A stretch of 63,829 nucleotides of DNA, counting the filler, from Choristocarpus tenellus KU-1152 (lineage: Eukaryota; Protista; Phaeophyceae), in NCBI GenBank assembly GCA_964200185.2. It is 8 parts of 8 records of this genome, joined end to end, with 100 filler letters (N's around TTAATTAATTAA, not from the genome) between each part and the next. Parts side by side here need not be neighbours in the genome. Positions count along the whole stretch, not along the records: positions 1 to 6,761 come from CAXNAD020007409.1; positions 6,862 to 9,522 come from CAXNAD020025871.1; positions 9,623 to 21,524 come from CAXNAD020002074.1; 5 more parts are not named here. One strand, given 5' to 3'. The notes under the pieces were generated by a model. It saw nothing but the letters and a program-made list of their open reading frames with translations. It made no database searches and was not told the DNA's origin. This document shows, in pieces, positions 1-10,739 of this stretch; positions within the stretch are counted from its first letter, which is position 1; every line of letters starts with the position of its first letter. Position numbers and translations under genes: made by a program.

Positions 1-28
1 AACCACTCGGACAAACACAGGAGAGGGG

Positions 29-30
<2 letters not shown>

Positions 31-64
<34 letters not shown>

Positions 65-234
65 TCTACACCAGGGTGTCCATTTGAGCCCTGAACAGGA
101 GAGGTGCACTTACATTATCCATCCGATGCATGCAATCAAATCACCCAAAAATCGTGACATGGAAAAATGGGCCCCGAATGGACAGCCACCACCACTACCA
201 CCACCACCACCCCCCCTCCCAGATACTTTTGAGC
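31..234. mobile_element. MITE family A copy (5' end lost in poly-G), with a (CAC)n expansion
   Basis: Body matches 6224-6414 and 17104-17282 (ctacaccagggtgtccattt...aaaatcgtgacat...aatggacagcc) and ends in agatacttttgagc. Confidence 0.8.
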
Positions 235-1574
235 AATAGAGACCGAGGGGGGAGTGTTGTCTGCACTCTACATCTGTGCTTCTGTTTCTGTTGTATTTCT
301 GTGAATCAGATGAGCATATGGCAAAGGTGCTCTTGCTCTCTCGTTCCTGTGTGTTTGATCCCCCACACCTCATTTCCCAACCGTTTCTTTTTACAATCAA
401 TCGCCACAAATTCCACATTTCCAAAGGAGTAAGTACATAAGCTCAGAAGATCATGTTGCATGAATTCTGTTGAGCGATAGTCCTACAAACTACTCCCTTG
501 CTTTCTCACTATTGACAACAATTGTGGGTGGGCTACTACTGACCCTTCTGTGGCCGGGATAGTTTCCTACAGGGCGCAATGCTGGGCATGGGCAACAGGG
601 GGGGAGCTGCTAGGGGGGAAAGAGAACGGAAAACTTTAGGTGGTGGTAACCATTGTGCTCCAGCAGCCCCAGGAGGAAAGAGGGTGTCCCTAGGTAAGCC
701 CTTGGGGGCTTTGCGAGGTGGGGAAAGAGGAGAATACCTGCTGCCGAGCAGTTTGGGTACTTTGATGAGCAGAACAAGGAAGGAAGATGTAGGATGGGGG
801 GGGGGGTCTGTGCCTGGGGGAAAAGAGGAGAAGCCCCGCCAGCCAGCCCAGGACAGGGGGGGGGCGGTGGCTGGGAAAAGGGGGGGGNNNNNNNNNNGGA
901 ACGTGGAGGGGAAGAGCAGGGAGGGAGGGGGGAGGAGGGGGGGGGGGGGTCTGTGCCTGGGGGAAAAGAGGAGAAGCCCCGCCAGCCAGCACAGGACAGT
1001 GGGAGGGCTGTGGCTAGGTAGAGGGTGTGGGTTGTGTCAATAGGGAGTGTGTCTGCCTGTGCAAATTTTGATGGTTGATCTAAACGTACATTCAAGTGCG
1101 TGTAACGGTCGGGTCTGTAGGTGGTTTTGACCCTCGAAGTGGCTAACAGGGAATCCTTCAACTGATAATGAAGGCATCAAAGGCCAGTTCCTTGCCGAAC
1201 ACCGTAGACCCACTTTCTGGACTAATCATCCCCTCAATATATGCATATACAATGTTAAATGCTCCGAGTAGATTGTGTTATTTTAGATTAAAGGTAAGTC
1301 CGTAGAAGGGAAGGAGGAGTGTCTGATGGTAGTTACAGATAAATGTCTATTTCTTGGATAGCTGCCAACATATGTAGTATGCGTAATTGTAATAAATAAT
1401 TACATTGTTGCTGGTCTGGAGGAGGAAGTGAAAAACTGTGGCCTTCAATAACGTTTGCGTTTTGTATAAACTCTTCTTCTGTGCAGTGTTGCGGCTTCCT
1501 CCTCCTCTTCCTCCTCCTCTTCCTTTTATTTGTTTTGGATCTTTTTTTTAGGCTGAGAGGAGGGACAAGTAAGT

Positions 1575-1828
1575 AAGTGAAAGTATCTTAGAGGGTACAA
1601 GTTTTGCCCTGTCCACTTGGGGCTTGACTTTCCATGGAGTTTTTTTATGACGTTTTCCTACTCCAAAATGTTTCGGAGTAGGTAAAATGTGTATGTTATG
1701 AAAAGGTGTCCAGAACATGGATATTGACACTTCCTAACAAACACGATGGACAAAATTACATCAAAATCGCAACATTGGATCTTGGACCCCAAATGGACGC
1801 GGCTCTACCCTCTAAGATAAATTGGCTC
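1575..1828 (+). mobile_element. MITE family B, full length (~254 bp)
   Basis: Termini aagtgaaagtatcttagagggta ... taccctctaagataaattggctc are inverted repeats. Flanked by AAGT on both sides. Body matches 18821-19078 and 29732-29990. Confidence 0.85.
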
Positions 1829-4087
1829 AAGTTGCTTTTGAGGTGGACAAGTAAGTGTTGTTGTTGTGTTATGCGATGCCACAGAGGGCAAATGCCACCT
1901 CCAAGAAATCAGATATTTGCTTCTTCTTGCAGTTAGTTGATGAGTTTGGATGGATTTGATCTGTTTCATATAATTACTATTATAGTAGATTATGCAGTAG
2001 TAGTGGTAGTGGTACTAATAATACGCATAATACTGAAATATTTGTCCTTAGTAGTAGTTCACAAAATATATATCAGATCTTCGACTACTCTTCTTGTTGA
2101 GCTTTGATTCAGACAGGATAAGGGACCAGAACCTACATACATAGTGAGAACAGCCCTGTTTGTTGGGTAGATCTTGGTTTGGATTTTCTTTCAGTCAGGA
2201 TCTAGTTCCGTTGGACAATGATTATATTGTCAATATTTTACGATGTTGCCTGGGTTCTCCCCACAGGTTTTGTATATGATAGTCGGATTTGTGCCGATTT
2301 GGAGGGTTGCTTTAAAATTACTAGGGTTTAGTTCAGTCTTAACATCATTCTGAAATAGTGGTGATGTGTAAATTTGCATATAAATTTCACTATCAATTGT
2401 AACAAATATGTGCAAAGCTGAAATGATACCCTCTCGCAGGACGATTCAGATTGGGAAGTGGTCATTGTTGGGTTCCTCTTGGTGAAGAGCAGGTCCTGGT
2501 GTTGTTGGGACGTGTCAATGCCAGTATTCCATCAAGCACAACCCTAGTCCAGGTCAAGACGAACAATATCTCTTCCATACGAGTGTTCATATACAATCCG
2601 ATAGGTATAGACAAACACGAATTGCTGTGACATATTGACAACTGATGCCATCAATAGTACGACTTTGTCCCTGAGGGCTTGGTGACGTTTAGATCATCTT
2701 TTTTGCCAAGTGTGCCACACCATCACTGGTCAATAATGCCTCTAAAAACGTGCTTGCTTCTGAGTTTCTTTTGCGAGCGTCACAGTCTGTCACACTCGCT
2801 CTAAATTGGTTCCGTCTTAGAGATACTAGGAAAATAGCATGCATCCCAGGTTATATAGGCCTACTCACTACTTTATGTCGTGTTCTGAATTGTTTTAACA
2901 ATAGTGACGACAGCTGATAGTCGCTAAGAGGTACACTACTACCAAGTGTGACAAGAGATATAATTGGTCAATTTAATATCTTCCCACGGGAGAACGAACT
3001 AGGGTAGAGGCAGGTTGGTCACCATCAAGGGTCTTCGTGAAGATTAGCACCTGATGGCCATGTTAATACCAGCAATCTGTAAAGCACTAACCTAGCGCAG
3101 GTCAAAACCAAGGGGTCTTGCATACGGTAGTTGGTGCCATCTCATAGACGAAAACGACGCGTTGATATCAATTTATCACTACGAATTTATCCACCAAAGA
3201 TTTAGGTAACTTCATTATATGTGAGTGTACCCATCTATCACCTCACTCACTGAAGGTAGTAATGCCTGTAAAGACTTTTGATAATTGTGAACGAACGTTC
3301 CTAGCTCGTAAGATTTATCATTCTATTTGCACGACCTCTATAAAATAATGGTGAACCCCTCGTTCTTATGGCTACTACTAACAATATCCTGTTCTGAAGA
3401 CTAGTGTTAAAAACCTTCAACCACATGCAATTGTTCCACATATTAATCGAATACCTGTTTGTTGTATTCCAACCCTATCTACGTATTAACCTGGAAAAGG
3501 CAAAGATGGTTCATTTCAAGTTGGTCAAGAACCTTAAGAACCTTAACACTACGAGCATCTTTCAATATGTATATGTGAAAACCCCTATACATCCTCCATC
3601 CACATACGATACGATGTTGTGCACTCCACGCACACATCAACAACAAGAATAGACATCAAGGCGACCCAACCAACCGTAAAGCCTCAACCTGTAAGCCTCA
3701 CGACCTTAATAAGGCGATAATGGGTCCGTGATGTGGTTATCATTTGCTGGTATCACCATTGGTGTGAAACGGGGTGCATCAAAATATGGAGATACAGATA
3801 TTTCCGATATCTGGAAATGTCAGCCAACGATGTGGTGAGTTGTTGAACTGAACCAAAGTATGAAAAGGTAAAATATGGAATATCCATCATACCATCATCG
3901 AAAGCAACAATTTCATAGATTTTAGAAGTTAACGTGGTTCTACTATCTCTTCAACCCATCCAGAGATCTACGACAGCAGGAATCCTAGGAAAGAGAACCA
4001 GCCAGACAGAATCCATATTGGATACATGCAGGGAAGTTTTCTTGGCTCCAGCACCCAAGTAAAAGATCTCTCACCCAGATTCAACAC

Positions 4088-6046
4088 TTGAAGGTTTGGC
4101 ATATTGCAACTCAACAAAGTGGAACACTTGATTCTCATAGCAAGATTGTCTGGACACTCGGAGCTATGTTGGAACATCACAACAGTGAAATATGCTCATC
4201 ACATGCAACACCCCGCCAAGGCTGTGGGGCGGGAATTCAGGAATTGCAGGGCGTAGAAGAAGATAACGTAGGCAACCCCATGCAAGGACTCACCCCCATG
4301 ATGGTTGCTGCTTTGGATGGGAAGGTTGAGGTGGTACGGGAACTTCTTATGGCTGGGGAAGATCCTAGGGTGAAGACCAAGGAGGGTTACACACCGATGT
4401 TTATTGCGGCTCATTGTGGGCATGTTAGTGTGGTACGTGAGCTTCTCGCAAGAGGAGTAGATGGAGAAGTAAAGACATTGGTGGTCCGAAAGCTGGGCGG
4501 GAGTGAATGTGACCAGGTGGTATGGCCCCCAATTGACAGCATTACCCCCGTCTACATCGCTGCTGAGTGTGGGCATGCCGAAATTGTGCGAGAGCTGGTA
4601 GTGAAGCAGGCGGACGCCCACAGATTAAGGACAGATGCAGGTCTGTCACCCCTGTGCATTGCTGCCAGTAAAGGCCACATAGAGGTGGTGCGGACCCTGC
4701 TTGGGTGTGGAGCGGACTTTCGGGTGAACTGGAAAGGAGGTATCTCTCCACTATTTCGTGCCGCTCAGAACGGACACCTACTTGTCCTAAAGGAGCTGTT
4801 AGAGGCTGGGGCAGACCCGCAGGTGCGAACGCAAAACCATCTCACCCCCTGCTATATAGCCGCGCGGAATGGGCACGAAAAGGTAGTGCAAGAACTCTTA
4901 AAAGTTGAATCACACCGTGGAGGGGTCGCAAGGACGTGGTGTTCTCGCTTGTTGTCTGGTCCTCAAGAAAGGGTGAACGCAACCCAGGATAGACTCACGG
5001 GTCAGAATAGGAATAGCAGTATTGCAATGGGCTTCACCCCGATCCATATTGCTGCAAGCAGAGGACATACAGGAGTCGTAAAGGAGCTGCTCGGGGCTGG
5101 GAGATCTCCTACTGTGAAAACAGAAGCAGGTTTTACCCCTCTCCTACTTGCTTCCAGAAATGGACACGTGAATGTAGTGAGGGTCCTACTGAATGCTATG
5201 TTAGACAAGATCCTTCTAGACATTGAAACAAAGGCTCAACTCTCCCCCATTTATGTTGCAGCAGAGTTTGGGCACATTGATGTTCTGAAAGAGTTGCTGT
5301 TGGCAGGGGAGGACCCTGATGTAATATTCGAGAATGGACTAACTCCTCTATATGCTGCTGCACGTAATGGGCACACTGCTGCGGTTAAAATCCTGTTAGT
5401 TCTCGGAGACTGTCTCAATACAATGGTTAGACCTAAACCTAAATTTAGATTTTTCCACCACGTCTGTAGCTTGGGATTATTACTCCGTAGCTGGAGAGTT
5501 ATGGAAGGCACTCAAGTGGCAAATGAAGTAGGGTTCACACCCCTCTATGCCGCAGCTGAGAAGGGACATGTAGAGATTGTGCAGGAGCTGCTTGGGGCAG
5601 GAGCAGACCCTCAAGCAAGGTCACCAAATGGGTTCATCCCGATTTCAATTGCTGCCTCAAATGGGCACCTGGAAGTTGTGAAGGCATTTATTGAGTGTAC
5701 TGAAATCAACCATACAACTAACAGAGAGGGTATTATTACCCCCTTAGATGCAGCTGTGGAACAGGGACGTGTTGATGTGGTGCGGGCGTTGCTTGTGGCG
5801 GGGGTTGACCCTACAATGGAGCATCTCAGTGAGGTTTTGACAGAGGATAATGGGACACTGATGCGCATTCAAGGCATGTTGCCCAGGTTCCAAGCATACC
5901 ATTCCCACTCCTGGCAGTGGCCTGCTGCTAGCACTCCTCCAAAATCACTAAAGTTTGATAGGGAGCACTGGGTCAGAACCAAGCTTGATGTCCAGTACAA
6001 TGAGTGCAGTAAAGTGTTTGAGGTCATCCACAGGTGTGTCAAATGA
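4088..6046 (+). CDS. Intronless ankyrin-repeat protein, 13 repeats (first in-frame ATG at 4166; true start uncertain)
   Basis: 652-codon open frame with 13 GxTPLxxAAxxGHxxVVxxLLxxGAD-type repeats and a non-repeat C-terminal tail (YHSHSWQWP...IHRCVK). Confidence 0.93.
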   Translation: MKVWHIATQQSGTLDSHSKIVWTLGAMLEHHNSEICSSHATPRQGCGAGIQELQGVEEDNVGNPMQGLTPMMVAALDGKVEVVRELLMAGEDPRVKTKEGYTPMFIAAHCGHVSVVRELLARGVDGEVKTLVVRKLGGSECDQVVWPPIDSITPVYIAAECGHAEIVRELVVKQADAHRLRTDAGLSPLCIAASKGHIEVVRTLLGCGADFRVNWKGGISPLFRAAQNGHLLVLKELLEAGADPQVRTQNHLTPCYIAARNGHEKVVQELLKVESHRGGVARTWCSRLLSGPQERVNATQDRLTGQNRNSSIAMGFTPIHIAASRGHTGVVKELLGAGRSPTVKTEAGFTPLLLASRNGHVNVVRVLLNAMLDKILLDIETKAQLSPIYVAAEFGHIDVLKELLLAGEDPDVIFENGLTPLYAAARNGHTAAVKILLVLGDCLNTMVRPKPKFRFFHHVCSLGLLLRSWRVMEGTQVANEVGFTPLYAAAEKGHVEIVQELLGAGADPQARSPNGFIPISIAASNGHLEVVKAFIECTEINHTTNREGIITPLDAAVEQGRVDVVRALLVAGVDPTMEHLSEVLTEDNGTLMRIQGMLPRFQAYHSHSWQWPAASTPPKSLKFDREHWVRTKLDVQYNECSKVFEVIHRCVK

Positions 6047-6148
6047 AACTGTAAACTATTGCAAGTATGATGTTGAGGAGTTTGTATCCTATTTAGAGCT
6101 GTAGGGCTCATGGGCAGGTCTGTTCTGTGGGTTACAACATCTATGTTG

Positions 6149-6572
6149 GAGTCAAAGCATCTTGGAGAGTAGAGTCGCATCCATTTGGGAGCTAAATCCA
6201 ATGTTTGTTAGGAAGTACCAATAGACCCGAACTATCTGGGGGGGGAGGGGGGCGGGGGCGGGATCTACATTAGGGTGTCCATTTGGACCAAAATCAGGAA
6301 AATTGCATTTGCATTATCCATCCAACGTATGCAACCAAATCATCCAAAAATCGCGACATGAAAAAATTGACCCCAAATTGACAGCCGCCACCCCCCCCAG
6401 ATATACTTTGAGTCAATATCCCTTGTTCAGGACACACATTTTTCATAACGTATACATTTTACCTACTCTGAAACATTTCAAAGTGGGAAAATGTAATAAA
6501 AAAGCACATGGGAAGCCGAGCCCCAAACGGACAAACAGGGCAAAACTCGTACCCCCTAAGACACTTTCATTC
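6149..6572 (-). mobile_element. MITE family B (internally deleted) interrupted by an A element
   Basis: Termini gagtcaaagcatct ... agacactttcattc, flanked by TTG/TTG. B sequence resumes exactly after the A insertion. Confidence 0.82.
6224..6414. mobile_element. MITE family A, full length, nested in B, 4-bp TSD AATA
   Basis: Termini gacccgaactatctgg ... cagatatactttgagtc. AATA at 6220-6223 and 6415-6418. Uninterrupted B copies show a single aata here (ggaagtgtcaatatcc). Confidence 0.87.
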
Positions 6573-6761
6573 TTGCTGTATGTCAGCATGTAATCTGCAT
6601 ATTTACTTTTGTTAGTAATTTGTAATGGCCATTACATTAATACACTTATCATAGTAGAGTGGGCAATTATATACGCCATTGTGCTCCTTGCTCTTTGTCA
6701 GATGATTTTCAACGGTAAAATGGAAGGGTCACATAACTGGGTCAAAGTATCTGGGGGGCGG

Positions 6762-6861
6762 NNNNNNNNNNNNNNNNNNNNNNNNNNNNNNNNNNNNNNN
6801 NNNNNTTAATTAATTAANNNNNNNNNNNNNNNNNNNNNNNNNNNNNNNNNNNNNNNNNNNN
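6762..6861. other. Artificial contig linker (N44-TTAATTAATTAA-N44); identical linkers at 9523-9622, 21525-21624, 28737-28836, 43567-43666, 54827-54926, 60389-60488
   Basis: Seven identical 100-bp spacers whose core gives stops in all six frames. Confidence 0.97.
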
Positions 6862-6989
6862 CAAGCTGTTCTTTGTCCTTTATTAAAGCACCATCCTAAA
6901 GCCGCGGGTCCAGTGTGGGATAATTCAACATCAGTTACACCATGTATATATGTAGTGTTATGTTGAAGTTTTGTTGGTCGAGGATAAAC

Positions 6990-8680
6990 ATGTTACAATG
7001 ATTTATCCATTAAGTGTCGAGGGTGGATATGCGCAACGCTTGTGAGAATGACAGTCGCTAGTGTGGAGTACCTCTGAGCGTGCTGTTGGCACAGTGCATC
7101 TGGGTGGCAAACTCTCTTGTTCGTATGCGGGTCTAAGTAGTGCATGCCCTGAGTGGAATCATGAGATGTGACCGGATCGTGGGGCATGACGGTGCTGTTG
7201 CTCTCCCATACGGCGATGCCAATAATATGTGTATCAGGATGCTACACATCAAACTGTCGCAAGGAGCTGTCCCTTCCCACGTCGAATACCCTTGGTCTGC
7301 CGTTTTGTCTGACGTAACGATGGGAGATGTGGAGTGTGTGTCAGTTGCGCACCAGGACATAAGGGATCATCCGAGTATCTGTTAATGATGAAATTGTTCT
7401 TCGACATACAGTGGGGACGTGTTCACGTAGGGGCCAAGTTGTGTGTGTCAAGCCGTTGATGATTGATGACAATGAACTACTATACCTCTGGGCGGTGCCT
7501 TGAGGAGAGCAGTGAGGGGCATGGGTATCGGATAGGGAACACGATTCTCCAGCGTCATTGGCAGCCGATGCGGAGGGGCTCGACGTCTGTCGCCGCATGT
7601 CTCGCATGAATTCCGTGGATTTCTTGGTGGATGACCTTAGTGTGTCGACGTTGCTGTCATATTTTGTTGCTGTGACGGACAGAAGGGGTTGAAACGTCGA
7701 TGTCACCCCGTCATGACCTATTTCAACATCAGGAGCGATGCCAATGAGGATGGATTTGTATACCTGGCGGATGTGCTCGGTACTAAGATATTTCTTTACA
7801 CATTCTAGGAATGTCTTGACCTGGAGATCAGGCGTGGACTCGCGTTGTTCCTGAGCCAGCACAACTCGCAGCGCGCTCGCCAATGGTGCAAATCTGCTTT
7901 TCTCATCCAACAACCAAGAGGCAAGGTCGTTTCAAGTACGGCCGCTTCCTTCCATCTCTTCTGGACCATCGTGGTTGACAATCAGAGGTGGAAGAGGTTC
8001 ATGATCTGGTCCGTTTTGAATTTCTTTTCCACGAACGAGCAGCACTGGACTTGGGCAGTCTCTTTAGTCCCCGTTTCCTGAGTGGGATTCAAACGAGGTT
8101 ACGATATGAGTAGGTGGGTTTGTTTCTCTTTGACATTATTAGTGATCGATCTTCATGATGCGAACATAGATAATACTGCCACTTTGTTCGGGCGAAGGGA
8201 CTTGCACAATGTTTGGTCACGAAGTGTTCCACGGAGTATGGCCGTGTTGGATGACACCCCACGTTGAAAACATGGAGAATGGTGTGTTGGATACATCGAG
8301 AACCGAAACCGTCTCGATTAGAATATCCCGAAAAGGTGTGCATCGCGTATGCGATCACTCGCGAGCCACACCAAAAGGCTATGAATACATCCCATGAAGC
8401 GTGTAGGACGAAGTGAATTGAGGTAGTCTATCGAACCGTAGAGTGTGTGTTTTGATCTGATTATTTTGGGAGACAGTGTTGACAAATGCGTGGTGGGTAT
8501 CACCCCAGATAATATTGGCGTATGTATGTACCATAATTTACGTGTTCTGTCGACAGTAAACTATTGTTTGGGATAGGTTTTGTGGTGGAAGGGATACTGA
8601 ACGTTTCATGTAGTGTCGGTCGATACACATCCCCAGATGCACATACCACTGTATGTGCGTCTTTCTCCATAGGGGATATG
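6990..8680 (-). pseudogene. Run of degraded intronless ORF remnants of unknown identity (longest 7341-7913)
   Basis: Co-oriented minus-strand frames broken by single stops or frameshifts (e.g. GPDHEPLPPLIVNHDGPEEMEGSGRT*NDLASWLLDEKSRFAPLASALRV). No family recognised. Confidence 0.4.
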
Positions 8681-8722
8681 AGATTGTGCTTGAATTTTTG
8701 GAAAGTCGAGGACGATGGATTG

Positions 8723-9082
8723 GAGGCATGTGACTTCAAAGAGGTTGGTATGTGGACAGCCGCAACTTTTGCCATGCTTTGTCGTACGGTAAAGTATGGA
8801 AAAAATGACATAAGGCGTGTGGCTTCAAAGAAGTTGGTATTTTGACCGCCACAACTTCCACAACACTTTGTCGTAGGACAAAGTACGGCAAAAATGACAT
8901 AATGTTTGTGGCTTCAAATGAGTTACTATGTGAACAGCCACAACTTCTGCCACACTTTGTCGTACGGTAAAGCATGACAAAACGACATGAGGCATGTGGC
9001 TTCAAATAAGTTCGTATGTGGATAGCTGCAACTTTTGCTATACTTTGACGTACGGTAAAGTATGGAAAAAATGACATGAGGC
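8723..9082. repeat. Tandem array, 4 x 88-89 bp, each unit with a ~38 bp imperfect palindrome
   Basis: Units start at 8723, 8812, 8901, 8989. Palindrome centres at 8781-8790, 8870-8879, 8959-8968, 9047-9056. Confidence 0.92.
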
Positions 9083-9739
9083 GAGCGGATGAAGGAAGAG
9101 CGAAACATGACTTGGCATAATTTCATTATTGTGTAAGGTGTGAGGGACTGTGCGAGGGTTGGGGCACAGGGTTAGGGATGGGACAGGCGCTAGGGTGGGG
9201 ATCGGAAACAGAAACTGGAAGGAATATCCTTTAGTTCCGACACATGTCGGAACGCTTCTATCGGAGGACATGATCTTCGTCCTTAGGTTTCTCGTTCTGC
9301 TCTTGATGGAAGGACGTGTGCGTCACCGGTTCGGAACTACAGTGGAACTGGTGAACACCAAACCTCTCTCTGATTTCGATGCAAACGTGTGTAATTTCGG
9401 AAGGATATGGTGACCATATCTTCGCTATGCCTAGTCTTCAAGTGCTAATCCCTCTTTCAGGTAATTACCGAACGCATAGGCTACATTGGAGTGTATCAAG
9501 CTGCGACGGAGGCCTGGCCTTGNNNNNNNNNNNNNNNNNNNNNNNNNNNNNNNNNNNNNNNNNNNNTTAATTAATTAANNNNNNNNNNNNNNNNNNNNNN
9601 NNNNNNNNNNNNNNNNNNNNNNCAAGTGAGCGATCCAGCATACTTGACGACTTATGCATCAGGAGTCCTATACGTGCATCAGTATCATCTATAGGCCTGT
9701 AGATGGGAGCTATACATCCTGTGGAGGTAAGCTTCTGGG

Positions 9740-10265
9740 GTGCGCTGTAACACTATCTCCAGAAAGCAAAGCTGACTTGGCTCAGCGCAATCGGGGCGAG
9801 GGCAATCAAACAAGCGAACATCCGCGATTTTTTTGGCAGTCAAGATTTATTTATTAGCGAATAAGGTGTTTCACTCAGTGCATCGGATGGGGGGGTGCAT
9901 GGTGGTGCAGCTGCATTTGATCCACGGTGGTGTAATTAATACTGTACTGTATAATATCCTTGTAGAGTGCAATAGGATACGTAGGGCAAGGCATCGAACG
10001 GAGATTGACTTTGAACGTTGATTTGATTTGAACTGCGAGTCGTTTTTCCGGCCATCCAATGGCTTGCGGATGCTTTTCTTGGAAGGTGCCCTATACGTAT
10101 CAGTGAAAACATCGTAATGAGTGTAATTTAATCAAAGTTACATTACTGTAAACATATGACACTAATGTACTGTACAGGGGTGGCGTAGATGTGGTGCTTG
10201 CTGCACCACCACAGCTTCATTGAGATGGGCTCACCGAGTGCAATGTTCAATACATATCTACATAT
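9740..10265 (+). mobile_element. pogo/Tigger-like transposon 3' remnant (transposase C-terminus and 3' region)
   Basis: Encodes HYLQKAKLTWLSAIGARAIKQANIRDFF. Reverse-complement homolog of 30768-31276, which belongs to the HTH-bearing element at 30768-32890. Confidence 0.75.
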
Positions 10266-10739
10266 TATACCACCAAAACGACCGACCAAGATCAAGGTGG
10301 AAAACTTTGCGTCCGGTCCAGGACAAGATTCGAGGGAGGAGACGAAGCAAAGATTGTGGGAGTCCTGAATCCAATTCGCGAGAAGCAAGGCAGGAACATG
10401 GGCAGTACAATTAGCCGTAATAGGCGAAGCAACAGTTTGTCAGTAGTTAGTATGAGAAGTAGTGTAGTGCGTAGATCTTTGATCACAGGTCGGGATCATC
10501 CCCAACTGATGTGTGACAAAAATATTGATAATAATACAAATGCTAAACCAATCTGTACCTCTGGGTGCGAGTGATGCAAGTGAAGCACTATTTTTGTGAG
10601 ATGTTTTGGGTCTATGCATCTATGTATAATGCATATTCTATACTATTTATAGTAAGAAATGTGCCCCTCTGGTACAGCCCCTCTCAGAGGGGCTGTACCC
10701 TAGTGCCTCTGACCAAGGTCGGGATCATCCCCAACAATG

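Noticed and set aside
795-1012. Direct repeat and Gly/Pro-rich ORFs at 579-1161
   Set aside because: The same sequence is read twice either side of a 10-N gap next to poly-G. Likely an overlap artefact, and the ORFs are low-complexity by-products.
1548-1936. Recurrent short ORFs such as MSGTRILTLPNKHDSQNYIKIATLD as a peptide gene family
   Set aside because: They are translations of MITE B, use GTG/TTG starts, and differ in stops and frames among copies.
4199-6201. Antisense ORFs over the ankyrin gene and over dynein or cyclophilin exons
   Set aside because: Shadow frames of real coding sequence with no independent motifs.
8723-9082. CRISPR array
   Set aside because: Whole units are homologous with no unique spacers, no cas genes, and the context is eukaryotic.
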